Numbered from the stretch's first letter, positions 27,450 to 39,043 are shown. The stretch: 64,000 bases of DNA from Gammaproteobacteria bacterium (GCA_045563715.1 JBJLIP010000001.1:65131-129130); one strand, 5' to 3'. Notes: generated from the sequence alone by a model not told the origin. Program-made: numbers and translations.

Positions 27450-28126
27450 ACATCATTTCCATCTTCTGATTTGCCAGCCAACATTGGCACAAAAGATACA
27501 TCATCATGGAAACTTTCTTCAACTTCATCTTTATCACATTTTCTAATGACATTGAGTCGTTGAGATGCGCCTCCAACAGGTAATACTAGTTTTGCATCCT
27601 TTTTCAAAATTGATATAAGGTCCTTTGGATATTCCCTGGGGGAAGCAGCACACAAAATACCATCATATTTGAATGAGTTGTCCCAATCTTGATATCCATC
27701 ACCAAACTTAAACTGCACGTTGTTAATTTTTAGCTTAGTCATATTATCTCTTGACTTTTGTACCAGTGGTTTAATTCTCTCAATTGCGTCTACCTTCTCA
27801 CTAAAGAAAGATAAAACTGCTGACTGATAACCACATCCAGAACCAATTTCTAATACACTTTCAAAAATCTTTCCTCTAGAATTTGTATGTGCAATTAAAA
27901 GTTCAGTCATTTTTGCAACTATATAAGGCTGAGAAATTGTTTGCTTATAACCAATTGTTAAAGATCTATTTTCATAAGCTCTTGACCACAATGCTTCATC
28001 TAAAAAAATATGCCGAGGTATTTGAGAAATTGCATCAAGCACTCTAAAGTCCTTAATGCCAAGATCTAAGAGAGTTTCAATCATCTCTTCTCTTACTCTT
28101 CTGAAAGTAAAGCCTGAATTAGTCAT
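27446..28126 (-). CDS. pcm: Protein-L-isoaspartate O-methyltransferase
   Basis: 226 aa. TISQPYIVAKM, SAM motif VLEIGSGCGYQSAVL. surE-pcm synteny. Confidence 0.94.
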   Translation of the reverse strand: MTNSGFTFRRVREEMIETLLDLGIKDFRVLDAISQIPRHIFLDEALWSRAYENRSLTIGYKQTISQPYIVAKMTELLIAHTNSRGKIFESVLEIGSGCGYQSAVLSFFSEKVDAIERIKPLVQKSRDNMTKLKINNVQFKFGDGYQDWDNSFKYDGILCAASPREYPKDLISILKKDAKLVLPVGGASQRLNVIRKCDKDEVEESFHDDVSFVPMLAGKSEDGNDV

Positions 28127-28877
28127 CGATAAACTCTGTTATATCATCAATAAAATTTTCTGAATTTAGACTATAGTCAAGCACTGAAAAAGATACAAAA
28201 CCATCTTTAACAGCTTCTGCATCAGTAGTAAATGCATAGTCTTTTATTGGCTCTCCAGAAAGATTATATCTATACTTATATGTATTAGCGCTTGAAGATT
28301 TAGATTCTAATTTTATTGGTCTTGCTGGTACGTCTCTTTTTGAAATAACAGTTGCTTTAATGCCTTTATAGTCTTCTTTTGTAATATCAGGAAAATTGAT
28401 ATTAATTACCTTACCTTTCAAAATCTTTTTAGAATCAATAATTTTGTTTATTATTTCGCAGGATTTATTAGCAATGTAATCTATATCTTTTGCATCATAA
28501 GAAGCAACTGAAATTGCTATTGGTGGATACTTTAGATTTCTTCCACCTACTGCAGCCCCCACTGTTCCAGAATATAAAACATCATTACCAATATTTGCTC
28601 CGTGATTAATGCCTGAGACAACAATATCAAACTCAAAGTCGACAATGCTCAATAATCCAAGATATGAACAGTCAGCTGGGGTACCGTCAACTGCATAAAT
28701 TCTTTCGTCTATTTTTGTAACTTCAATTTCATTCAAATATGAAATAGCTGCACTCATTCCACTGCAATTATTTTTTGGAGCAACAATCCATACCTCATGA
28801 TTTTTAGATAGTTTCTCATAAATAGTTTTAATATTTTTTGCATCATATCCATCATCATTTGTTAGTAATATTTTCAT
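28119..28877 (-). CDS. surE: 5'/3'-nucleotidase SurE
   Basis: 252 aa. MKILLTNDDGYDA, SGINHGANIGNDVLYSGTVGAA. Confidence 0.95.
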   Translation of the reverse strand: MKILLTNDDGYDAKNIKTIYEKLSKNHEVWIVAPKNNCSGMSAAISYLNEIEVTKIDERIYAVDGTPADCSYLGLLSIVDFEFDIVVSGINHGANIGNDVLYSGTVGAAVGGRNLKYPPIAISVASYDAKDIDYIANKSCEIINKIIDSKKILKGKVININFPDITKEDYKGIKATVISKRDVPARPIKLESKSSSANTYKYRYNLSGEPIKDYAFTTDAEAVKDGFVSFSVLDYSLNSENFIDDITEFIDD

Positions 28878-30001
28878 TATTTGTTTCTTAAATTTACAAG
28901 ACTTTGGACTGCAATTGCTTGATTTTTTCCAATAATCCCAATCTTTTCAGAAGTCGTAGCTTTTAAACCTATTTTATTCGTTGGTATTTGTAATATATCT
29001 GATAAGCTCTTCAAAATACTATCTCTGTATGGATTGATTTTGGGTTGTTCACAAATAATTGTGGCATCTATATTGTATATCTCAAGATTTAAGTCATTTA
29101 ATTTTTCAAGGCAAAATTTAACAATTAATGAACTATCTAAATCTTTATTTTTATCATCCTGATCTGAAAAAAATTTACCGATATCACCAAGCCCAGAGGC
29201 CCCAAGGATTGAATCAGCTATCGAGTGAAGTAATACATCACCATCTGAATGGGCTACTATCTTATAATCACAATCAATTTTATATCCGCCTAGTATCAAA
29301 CCAGAACCATCTTCATATTTATGTAGATCAAAACCAACACCACTTCTTGTCAAAAATTTATTTAAAAATTCTATGTCACTAGGTTCAGTTATTTTTATGT
29401 TAGATCTCCTGCCTCTAATCTTAGATGTCCTTAAATCTGAATATTCGATAGCAAAAGATTCATCTGGGCAGTCTATTTTTTCATCAATGCATTTTTTTAA
29501 AGATATTTTAAGATCATTGAATTTAGATATTTGAGGTGTTTGAACAAGATGGAATTTATTCTTATCTTTAGTTTTAGTTTCTTTTATCGAGTCGTATACA
29601 GGAGTATATAGATAAGAGCAGCTTGATTCTGACTTAATAATATCACTCAATAAATTCGTAATATCATCTTCAGTCACATTAGGGCGTGCGGCGTCGTGAG
29701 TTATTACATATCTATATGTTTCATCTGCATGCATAAGAGCATTAAACACAGACGTCTGCCTAGTATCGCCACCAAAAATAAACTCAACTTTTTCTGATTT
29801 ATAAAAATCCTGATTTTTTATTTGTGAATCATTTTTAGATATAGCAATAAGTATTTTTGAAACATTTTTTGAATTAATAAAAGGTCTTACAGAACTTTCA
29901 ATAACTGACATACCGTTTAATTTGATATATTGCTTTGGAATATCGCCACCAAATCTTTTGCCTTCTCCTGCTGCTGCAATGACAACCAATAAATCATTCA
30001 T
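28877..30001 (-). CDS. ispDF: Bifunctional IspD/IspF (MEP cytidylyltransferase fused to MEcPP synthase)
   Basis: IspD part: VVIAAAGEGKRFG...THDAARP. IspF part: GVGFDLHKY...AHSDGDVLLHSIADSILGA..GDIGKFF. I trimmed the ORF-track start (30055) to MNDLLVV at 30001, which gives an ATGAATGA overlap with the ftsB stop. Confidence 0.9.
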   Translation of the reverse strand: MNDLLVVIAAAGEGKRFGGDIPKQYIKLNGMSVIESSVRPFINSKNVSKILIAISKNDSQIKNQDFYKSEKVEFIFGGDTRQTSVFNALMHADETYRYVITHDAARPNVTEDDITNLLSDIIKSESSCSYLYTPVYDSIKETKTKDKNKFHLVQTPQISKFNDLKISLKKCIDEKIDCPDESFAIEYSDLRTSKIRGRRSNIKITEPSDIEFLNKFLTRSGVGFDLHKYEDGSGLILGGYKIDCDYKIVAHSDGDVLLHSIADSILGASGLGDIGKFFSDQDDKNKDLDSSLIVKFCLEKLNDLNLEIYNIDATIICEQPKINPYRDSILKSLSDILQIPTNKIGLKATTSEKIGIIGKNQAIAVQSLVNLRNK

Positions 30002-30302
30002 CTTTGACGTCCTTGTTATTTTCTTCTTTGAAGGAAATAAATTCCTCTTCTTCATATGTAAGGTTTAGTTTTTCTCTTGCAAAATTTTCAATATGATCAT
30101 TTGAATTTAGGGCATTTTTAATCTCAAACTCAAGAATCTCATTATGTTTTTGTAATTCCTCGTTCGTGATTTTTTGCATTTTATTTTCTTCAATAAGCTT
30201 GGCTCTCTTAGAATAATTATTTTCGCCAAAAAAAATACTTTTAGATAAAAAGACAATGATTAGAATTAAAACAGCTAAGACTAGGTAATAAATCTTGTTC
30301 AT
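29994..30302 (-). CDS. ftsB: Cell division protein FtsB
   Basis: 102 aa. N-terminal TM helix plus coiled coil (NEELQKHNEILEFEIKN), ARE.L motif (FAREKLNL). Sits between eno and ispD. Confidence 0.85.
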   Translation of the reverse strand: MNKIYYLVLAVLILIIVFLSKSIFFGENNYSKRAKLIEENKMQKITNEELQKHNEILEFEIKNALNSNDHIENFAREKLNLTYEEEEFISFKEENNKDVKDE

Positions 30303-31573
30303 TTGAGCAAAATATTATTGCTCTCTTCTTCTATCCAGAGCAACCTATTATATTTTGCCACTCTATCAGATCTGCAGGGAGCTCCTGTTTTTATTTGTGA
30401 AACTCCTAGGCCAACTGCAAGGTCTGATATTGTTGTATCCTCAGTCTCTCCTGATCTATGCGAAATAATAGATTGATAGCTGTTTTGGTTTGCGCAATGG
30501 ATAGTTTGTATCGTTTCGGTGATTGAGCCAACTTGATTAAATTTAATAAGTATCGAGTTAGCTATCTTCTCATTGATTCCATCTTGAAGAATTTTTTTAT
30601 TTGTAACGAACAAATCATCGCCAACAAGTTGGCAAGTTGCTCCCAATTTCTCAGTTAACAATTTCCATCCTTCCATATCATTTTCATCCATCCCATCTTC
30701 TATAGAAACTATTGGATAGTCTTCAGTTAGGGCAACAAGGTACTCTGCTAGTTCTGAAGATGATAACTTCTTATTTTCTCCTTTAAGAAAATAGTTTTCA
30801 CCATCAAAGAATTCACTTGCTGCACAATCAAGAGCAATATCTACATCTTTACCTGGAGTTAATCCTGAATCCTCTATCGCATCAACAATCAATTTCAATG
30901 CGGCTTCATTTGAATCAAGGTTTGGGGCAAAGCCACCCTCGTCACCAACTGCGGTGGAATATTTATTTTTTAAAAGTATTTTCTTAAGATTATGATAAAT
31001 TTCTGTGGCCCATTGCATAACCTCAACAAAACTTTTTGCGCCACTTGGAATGACCATAAATTCTTGTATATCTATATTATTATCTGCATGCTCACCGCCA
31101 TTAAGAATATTGAACATAGGTAAAGGTATGCGCTGTGATACATTTTCATCAGTGATATCTTTATAAACTCTTGAAAAGTGTTTATATAATGAAATTTTAT
31201 TGGCCTTTGCAGCTACGTTAGCAACTGCAAGAGATATTGCTAATATTGCATTTGCTCCAACCTTTGATTTATCTTTTGTACCATCAAATAATACCAAAGA
31301 TTCATCAATCTCTTTTTGGTTATTTGGGTCTTTACCAATAACAATAGATGACAATGTGTTGTTAATGTTATTAACAGCGTTCATTACGCTTTTGCCTTGA
31401 TAGGAGGTATTATTGTCTCTTAACTCAAGTGCCTCTTTTGAACCAGTAGATGCTCCACTAGGAACCATAGCTGATGCCGAAGTTCCGTCTTCAAGAATTA
31501 TCTTACATGAAATGGTTGGTACGCCTCTTGAATCAAATACCTGAATTGCATTTATTGAAGCTATTTTTTGCAT
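30299..31573 (-). CDS. eno: Enolase
   Basis: 424 aa. DSRGVPT, GANAILAISLA, SHRSGETEDT, LLWIEEE-type C-terminus. Confidence 0.97.
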   Translation of the reverse strand: MQKIASINAIQVFDSRGVPTISCKIILEDGTSASAMVPSGASTGSKEALELRDNNTSYQGKSVMNAVNNINNTLSSIVIGKDPNNQKEIDESLVLFDGTKDKSKVGANAILAISLAVANVAAKANKISLYKHFSRVYKDITDENVSQRIPLPMFNILNGGEHADNNIDIQEFMVIPSGAKSFVEVMQWATEIYHNLKKILLKNKYSTAVGDEGGFAPNLDSNEAALKLIVDAIEDSGLTPGKDVDIALDCAASEFFDGENYFLKGENKKLSSSELAEYLVALTEDYPIVSIEDGMDENDMEGWKLLTEKLGATCQLVGDDLFVTNKKILQDGINEKIANSILIKFNQVGSITETIQTIHCANQNSYQSIISHRSGETEDTTISDLAVGLGVSQIKTGAPCRSDRVAKYNRLLWIEEESNNILLK

Positions 31574-31576
31574 TTT

Positions 31577-32407
31577 TTATGTTATTTCAAGATTCTTTTG
31601 ATTTTTCACAAATTCATCTAATTCTTTAACTTGTTTTAAAAACTCTTCTAAGACTGATAAAGGAAGAGCACATGGCCCATCACACTTTGCTTCATCTGGG
31701 TTTGGGTGAGCTTCAAGAAATAATCCAGCAATTGATTGAGATATTCCTGCCTTAGCTAAACTTAAAACATACTCTCTCCTTCCTCCTGTAGCACTTCCAA
31801 GACCTCCTGGTAATTGAAGTGAATGAGTTACATCGAATATTACTGGTTTAGATAATTTCTTCAAAATTTGAAAATTTAAAGTGTCTACAACTAAGTTATT
31901 GTAACCAAATGAATTACCTCGCTCACATAGTGTTATTTTGTCATTACCAGCTGCTGAACATTTCTCAATCGTATTTGACATCTCTGGGGCAGAAAGAAAT
32001 TGAGGTTTTTTAAATTGTATTATTGAGTCAGTTTTTGCTGCAGCACTAACAAGATCAGTCTGTCTTGCTAAAAAGGCAGGTATTTGTATAACTTCACAAA
32101 CCTCACTTACAGCCTTTGCTTGATTTGGCTCATGGATATCTGTAATAACTGGGATTTCGAAAGTTTTCGAAACTTCATCAAGAATTTTAAGCCCCTCATC
32201 CATTCCAGGACCTCGATAAGAATTGATAGAGCTCCTATTTGCTTTATCAAATGAGCCTTTAAAGATATAGCTGATATTTAGTTTTTGGGTAACTTCTTTG
32301 AATCTCTCTGCAACTTGCATAGCCAAGTCTCTTGATTCAAGAACATTCATACCACCCATTAGAGTCATTGGCTTATTATTACCAATATTAAAGTTTCTTA
32401 ATTTCAT
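31577..32407 (-). CDS. kdsA: 3-deoxy-8-phosphooctulonate synthase
   Basis: [25 protein letters not shown] aligns with the E. coli KdsA N-terminus. [17 protein letters not shown]. The start is trimmed from 32461 to avoid overlapping the pyrG 3' end. Confidence 0.93.
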   Translation of the reverse strand: MKLRNFNIGNNKPMTLMGGMNVLESRDLAMQVAERFKEVTQKLNISYIFKGSFDKANRSSINSYRGPGMDEGLKILDEVSKTFEIPVITDIHEPNQAKAVSEVCEVIQIPAFLARQTDLVSAAAKTDSIIQFKKPQFLSAPEMSNTIEKCSAAGNDKITLCERGNSFGYNNLVVDTLNFQILKKLSKPVIFDVTHSLQLPGGLGSATGGRREYVLSLAKAGISQSIAGLFLEAHPNPDEAKCDGPCALPLSVLEEFLKQVKELDEFVKNQKNLEIT

Positions 32408-32414
32408 ATTATTT

Positions 32415-34046
<1,632 letters not shown>

Positions 34047-34118
34047 TCATGATGGGATATTAGAATAACAGAATAAATTTAATAGTTAAACGATATTCAC
34101 TCAAATCATCGAATTAAT

Positions 34119-35177
34119 CTATATATTTTTATAATATCTTTTTACTCTCGATTTAATTCTTATCATTAAATCATATGATATTAGGTTATTTGATGAAGCT
34201 AAGTTATTAATTGAGTGTCTTGGAGAAAAAAACTCACACCAATCTTCAATTTTGCAATCTTTGATATCAGTTATATCAATAGTTGTAACATCCATACTGA
34301 CCTTACCAAAAACTTTTGCATCTTGGTTGTTAATTTTCACAACTGTTCCATCTTTAATATGATTTGGTAAGCCATCTGCGTATCCCATATAAACAGTCGC
34401 AATTGTCATATCTTTATTTGCTATTGCTCTGCCGTCATAACCAACTTTCTCACCTTTTTTAATATTTCTGATATTTATGATCGGGGCTCTAAGAGTCATC
34501 GCAGTTTTAAGCTCCTCATTACCTATATAACCACCAAAAATTCCAATACCAACTCTAACCCAATCATATGTTTTTTCAGGGAAATTCATTATACATCCAG
34601 TATTAGCAATACTTTTGGAGATGCCTGGATGTAATTTATTAATTAGATTTTCAAATCTCTCAAACTGTATATCATTTGAAGAATCATTGGGAACATTTGA
34701 AGCTGAAAGATGTGACATTAAAGTAAAATCTTTGTCAGTTAAATAAGAGCTGTAAATATCCAAGAATTCTTCTTCTTCAAATCCAAGCCTATTCATACCT
34801 GTATTTATTTTGAACCATAAATTCTTATAGTAATTATTTTCTTTTACGATATTAAATTGGTGAGAATTATGAATTACAAGATCTAAGGAATGTTCGCATG
34901 ATTCATGAAAGTCTTTGTTTGAATATACACCTTGCATTAACAAAATCTTTTTTTTAGAAATCTTTCTTAATTCTATTGCTTCTTCAAGACGAACTACTCC
35001 ATATCCATCAACTAAATCGTCAACATCACTAACTATGTTTGGAAGAATATGTCCATAGGCATCAGACTTGATAATTGCCATAAACTTTGATTTGTCATCT
35101 ATTTTATTTTTTAACTGAATTATATTATCTCTGACTATATCAGGTTCTATTATTAGTTCTGTTGTGAGTCTACTCAT
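34119..35177 (-). CDS. alr: Alanine racemase
   Basis: 352 aa. PLP-Lys context AIIKSDAYGHI, RVGIGIFGG. dnaB-alr synteny. Confidence 0.9.
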   Translation of the reverse strand: MSRLTTELIIEPDIVRDNIIQLKNKIDDKSKFMAIIKSDAYGHILPNIVSDVDDLVDGYGVVRLEEAIELRKISKKKILLMQGVYSNKDFHESCEHSLDLVIHNSHQFNIVKENNYYKNLWFKINTGMNRLGFEEEEFLDIYSSYLTDKDFTLMSHLSASNVPNDSSNDIQFERFENLINKLHPGISKSIANTGCIMNFPEKTYDWVRVGIGIFGGYIGNEELKTAMTLRAPIINIRNIKKGEKVGYDGRAIANKDMTIATVYMGYADGLPNHIKDGTVVKINNQDAKVFGKVSMDVTTIDITDIKDCKIEDWCEFFSPRHSINNLASSNNLISYDLMIRIKSRVKRYYKNI

Positions 35178-36544
35178 TCAAAAGAATCGTAATAACTATC
35201 ATTAGAAAAATTCTCAAATCTTGTGAATTCCTTTAAGAATGTCAAATTTACGGTTCCTATCGGGCCATTTCTCTGTTTACCAATTATTATTTCAGCTTTG
35301 TTGCCCTGCTCAGAATCTTCATTATAAACTTCATCTCTATAAATAAATAAAATGACATCAGCATCTTGCTCAATAGCTCCAGAGTCTCTTAAATCAGCCA
35401 TTATTGGTCTTTTATTTGGTCTTTGTTCAACAGCCCTATTAAGCTGAGATAATGCAATAACAGGCACATTAAGTTCCTTTGCTAAAGATTTTAATGATCT
35501 TGAAATTTCAGAGATCTGATTAACTCTATTTTCAAGAGATAAGGGAAGTTGCATTAATTGGAGATAGTCCACTACAATCAAAGATAGTCCGTTTTCTTCA
35601 GTTCTTGCAAGACGTCGAGCCTTTGCTCTTAATTCCATTGGTGATAACAGAGAACTATCGTCAATCCACAATGGCATGTTCTTTAGTTTTTCACTTTGTT
35701 GCAACAAAATTTTTAATTCTTCATCTTTTAACATTCCAGATCTAACATTTTGTTGGTTAATTTTAGTCATGCCGGATAGCAATCTAGTTGTTAAAGACTC
35801 TCCCGGCATTTCAAGACTGAAAATAAGGACTGCTCCATTTGAATCTTCATCAAGAAGAACATTTTCTGCAATATTCATAGCAAAAGATGTTTTACCCATA
35901 CTAGGCCTTCCAGCAACAACAATTAGATCGCCTTTTTGAATACCTTGTAGTTTACTATCGAGGTCTTTAAACCCTGTTGAATTACCAATTAATCCCCCAG
36001 ATTTGTTAGAAAGCTCATATAGCCTATCCATGGTATTAGGTACTAGCTTTTGCATTGATTTTAAATTCTGATCATTTTGATTTGTTTCATCATTTAAAGC
36101 GAAAATCATGCTTTCAGCTTTATCTAATAATGAGGCTCCCTCTTGGCCCTGAGGGTTTGATATTAGTTCTGCAATATCAGAATTTGCTTTCATAAGCTTC
36201 CTGGTGATAGATCTTTGCCTAATGATTTCTGAATATGCCTCAAGGTTTGCAGCTGAGGGTGTAGATGTTGCAAGCTCAATTAAATAATCCTTTCCACCTA
36301 TTTTATTAAGTGAATTTTTGTTATCTAATTTTTCTGATACCGTTATGGGGTCTAGAGGTTTGTTTTCTTCAACAAGTTCTGCCATTGACTGGAAAATTAT
36401 TTGATGGTCTTTACCATCAAAATCATTTTCCTTTATTACCTGTATAACAGTATCAAATCTATGAGTCTCAAGCATTAATCCACCAAGGACTGCTCTTTCA
36501 GCCTCTCTTGTTTGTTCGTTTTGGTTGATACTTATATCTGACAT
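35174..36544 (-). CDS. dnaB: Replicative DNA helicase DnaB
   Basis: 456 aa. AERAVLGGLML, Walker A GRPSMGKTSF, VVDYLQLM, SQLNRAVEQR. Confidence 0.97.
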   Translation of the reverse strand: MSDISINQNEQTREAERAVLGGLMLETHRFDTVIQVIKENDFDGKDHQIIFQSMAELVEENKPLDPITVSEKLDNKNSLNKIGGKDYLIELATSTPSAANLEAYSEIIRQRSITRKLMKANSDIAELISNPQGQEGASLLDKAESMIFALNDETNQNDQNLKSMQKLVPNTMDRLYELSNKSGGLIGNSTGFKDLDSKLQGIQKGDLIVVAGRPSMGKTSFAMNIAENVLLDEDSNGAVLIFSLEMPGESLTTRLLSGMTKINQQNVRSGMLKDEELKILLQQSEKLKNMPLWIDDSSLLSPMELRAKARRLARTEENGLSLIVVDYLQLMQLPLSLENRVNQISEISRSLKSLAKELNVPVIALSQLNRAVEQRPNKRPIMADLRDSGAIEQDADVILFIYRDEVYNEDSEQGNKAEIIIGKQRNGPIGTVNLTFLKEFTRFENFSNDSYYDSFE

Positions 36545-36582
36545 TGGAATATGATTTTTACATCATATTTCAAAATATACAA

Positions 36583-37029
36583 CTACTCTGGTGATACTTT
36601 TACTAAAACTTCAATACTAACCTCAGGATGAACACTTATAACGATATTATGTTCCCCTATTTCTTTTATAGGTCCATCAGGCAGTTGAACTTCACTCTTA
36701 TCAATGTGCACTTCATTTTTCATAAATGCTTCTGAAATATCTCTTGTTCCAACAGAACCATAAAGAGCTCCCTCTTCGGTAACAGGGACTAGAATTTCGC
36801 ACTCAGAACCTTCTAAGGCTTTGGCCCTAGCTTCTGCTTGAGTAAGGACATCTGCAGACATTGCAGCTAACTCATCTTTCTTTGCCTCTACCTCGGCTAT
36901 ATTCTTATCACTCGCGAAAGCAGCCTTTTTTTGAGGTATTAGAAAATTCCTTGCATAACCAGAATTAACGTCTACCACATCACCAATCTCGCCTAGTCTT
37001 TGAATTTTATCAAGTAATATAATTTTCAT
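36583..37029 (-). CDS. rplI: 50S ribosomal protein L9
   Basis: 148 aa. MKIILLDKIQRLGEIGDVVDVNSGYARNFLIP. Confidence 0.96.
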   Translation of the reverse strand: MKIILLDKIQRLGEIGDVVDVNSGYARNFLIPQKKAAFASDKNIAEVEAKKDELAAMSADVLTQAEARAKALEGSECEILVPVTEEGALYGSVGTRDISEAFMKNEVHIDKSEVQLPDGPIKEIGEHNIVISVHPEVSIEVLVKVSPE

Positions 37030-37032
37030 GAT

Positions 37033-37227
37033 TTATTTATGCATATCTGTATATGGTATTAATGCTAAAAATCTAGCAATCTTAATATACTTTGTTAATT
37101 TTCTTTGATTAGTTGCTGAAACACCAGAGACTCTTGCTGGAATAATCTTACCTGTTTCTGTTATAAATTGTTTTAGGATATTTACATCCTTGTAATCAAA
37201 CTTTTTTGGTAACTCAAACTTACTCAT
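37033..37227 (-). CDS. rpsR: 30S ribosomal protein S18 (N-terminally short)
   Basis: 64 aa. [34 protein letters not shown]...[11 protein letters not shown]. It lacks about 11 N-terminal residues relative to E. coli S18 as I recall it. Confidence 0.93.
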   Translation of the reverse strand: MSKFELPKKFDYKDVNILKQFITETGKIIPARVSGVSATNQRKLTKYIKIARFLALIPYTDMHK

Positions 37228-37738
37228 CTTTATCTTCCTGTTCTTTCTGTTCTTCCTTTTCTAACTCAGGGCTTTCTGAAGAATTATCAACTTTATCATC
37301 CTGATCAGCTTCAACCATTTTTTCTTTAACTTGTTGCTTTTCATTTGATTCTGAAGATTTAGATTGTTGGTTCTTGTCTTTATCAACTGCTTTTTCTTCT
37401 GAATCATTTTTTTTGTTTTTAGAGTCTTGAAGCAACTGCGAGTCTTCTCCATTGTGTTCTTTAACAGAGATAAATAAGTGTCTAATTATTGATTCATTGT
37501 ATTTGATCTTATTTTCAATATCTATGAGCTTTGAAGCATCACCTTCGATGTTAAATAACAAATAATGCCCTTTGTTATGATTGTTTATAGAGTAAGCAAG
37601 CTGTCTTCTGCCCACATCTTCTTTTTTTTGAATGCTAAATGAATTGCTCTTAAGTAACTTTTCGAAATCTTTTTCAAAATCACTAGCCTTTGAGGAAAGA
37701 TTTGGATTAAGAATTATTACTGCTTCGTATTTTTTCAT
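37220..37738 (-). CDS. rpsF: 30S ribosomal protein S6 with a long K/E/D/S-rich C-terminal extension
   Basis: 172 aa. [14 protein letters not shown]...[10 protein letters not shown] is the S6 core (about 100 aa), followed by about 70 aa of low complexity ([29 protein letters not shown]...[13 protein letters not shown]). Confidence 0.92.
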   Translation of the reverse strand: MKKYEAVIILNPNLSSKASDFEKDFEKLLKSNSFSIQKKEDVGRRQLAYSINNHNKGHYLLFNIEGDASKLIDIENKIKYNESIIRHLFISVKEHNGEDSQLLQDSKNKKNDSEEKAVDKDKNQQSKSSESNEKQQVKEKMVEADQDDKVDNSSESPELEKEEQKEQEDKDE

Positions 37739-37816
37739 ATTTATCCTTATGGTTATAGATTTTCATGTTTAGTAAAAACCAAGGAGAAAGCATTCTAATT
37801 GAATTAATTTTTTTAA

Positions 37817-39043
37817 TCAATACTCGCTTTTAATGATACGTAATAGCTTAGAAAAGATACCTTGACTTTGTTCAGACAGCATTTCATTGTTAAGTTGTTT
37901 AAATCCATGCTCTATGAGGCCAATTGATGTCGAATAAATAGGATTCTGTAAAATTGTTTCCATGCCTTGAAATTTTGATGGGATGCCCAATCTTACTGAT
38001 GTTTGAAATATTGATTCAGCTAGTTCAACAACACCCTCCATCTTTGAAGTGCCGCCAGTAAATACAATTCCTGCAGATATTTTATCTTCAAATCCATTTC
38101 TTGTAATTTCAGCCTTGATCAGATCAAATAATTCTGAATATCTTGGTTGTATAATGTCTGCTAAAGCGCTTCTAGATAACTCTCTTGGAGGTCTTCCACC
38201 AACAGCCAATACTTCAACAGTTTGATCATCTTTGGTAAATTCAGTAACTGCGCATCCATGTTTTTGTTTTATATCTTCAGCCTGTGGAGTTGGTGTTCTT
38301 AATGCTTGAGCTATATCGCTTGTTACTTGGTCTCCTGCAATTGGTATAACGCCAGTAAAAACGATTGAACCAGAGTTAAATATTGCAATATCAGTTGTAC
38401 CTCCACCAATATCTACAAGGCATACTCCTAACTCTTTTTCATCCTCTGAAAGAATTGAATGTGAGCTAGCTAATTGTTCTAAAACAAAGCCATCAACAAT
38501 AAGACCACAATTCTTAATGCATTTTTCTATATTTTTAACAGCGCTATTCGCGCATGTTACAAGATGAACTTTGGCCTCAAGTCTTACTCCAGACATTCCC
38601 AAAGGATCGAGGCTTACTTCTTGATCATCTATAACAAAAGACTGGGGCAAAACATGTAAAACATTTTGATCAGATGGAATAGAGACTGCTTGAGCAGATT
38701 CAATAACTCTATCTATATCAAATGATGAAACTTCATTATCCTTAATGCCTACAGCACCCTGAGAATTTAAACTTTTGATATGGTTGCCTGCGATTCCAAC
38801 ATAGACTGACTTAATTTTTTCTTCAATCATTGATTGGGCTTGATCGACTGCTTTGCTAATTGCATCAGTTGTTGCATCTATATTAACAACAACTCCTTTT
38901 TTAAGACCACTTGATGGATATGCTCCCAAGGCAACTATTTCTAATTTTTTTTCGTCGTCATATTTTCCAACAATGCATACAACTTTGGAGGTACCAATGT
39001 CCAATCCAACAATCATGTTTGTATTTTTATTATTATTTGCCAT
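37817..39043 (-). CDS. ftsA: Cell division protein FtsA
   Basis: 408 aa. Actin-like ATPase motifs VGLDIGTSKV, VDIGGGTTDIA. C-terminal amphipathic helix GIFSKLLRIIKSEY. Confidence 0.95.
   Translation of the reverse strand: MANNNKNTNMIVGLDIGTSKVVCIVGKYDDEKKLEIVALGAYPSSGLKKGVVVNIDATTDAISKAVDQAQSMIEEKIKSVYVGIAGNHIKSLNSQGAVGIKDNEVSSFDIDRVIESAQAVSIPSDQNVLHVLPQSFVIDDQEVSLDPLGMSGVRLEAKVHLVTCANSAVKNIEKCIKNCGLIVDGFVLEQLASSHSILSEDEKELGVCLVDIGGGTTDIAIFNSGSIVFTGVIPIAGDQVTSDIAQALRTPTPQAEDIKQKHGCAVTEFTKDDQTVEVLAVGGRPPRELSRSALADIIQPRYSELFDLIKAEITRNGFEDKISAGIVFTGGTSKMEGVVELAESIFQTSVRLGIPSKFQGMETILQNPIYSTSIGLIEHGFKQLNNEMLSEQSQGIFSKLLRIIKSEY

Noticed and set aside
30002-30055. Longer N-terminal extensions offered by the ORF track for ispDF (30055), kdsA (32461), ftsQ (39722), rpsI (59328), rplM (59750), ibaG (63361) and degS (60847).
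   Set aside because: The extensions overlap the upstream gene substantially and have no counterpart in the conserved N-termini of the respective families. Internal Met codons reproduce the canonical N-termini.
37739-37816. The 78-nt ftsA-rpsF spacer considered as a remnant of ftsZ/lpxC or a structured rpsF leader.
   Set aside because: There is no residual coding similarity to FtsZ or LpxC in any frame that I could read. I could not identify a convincing stem-loop or promoter by eye, so the region is left unannotated.
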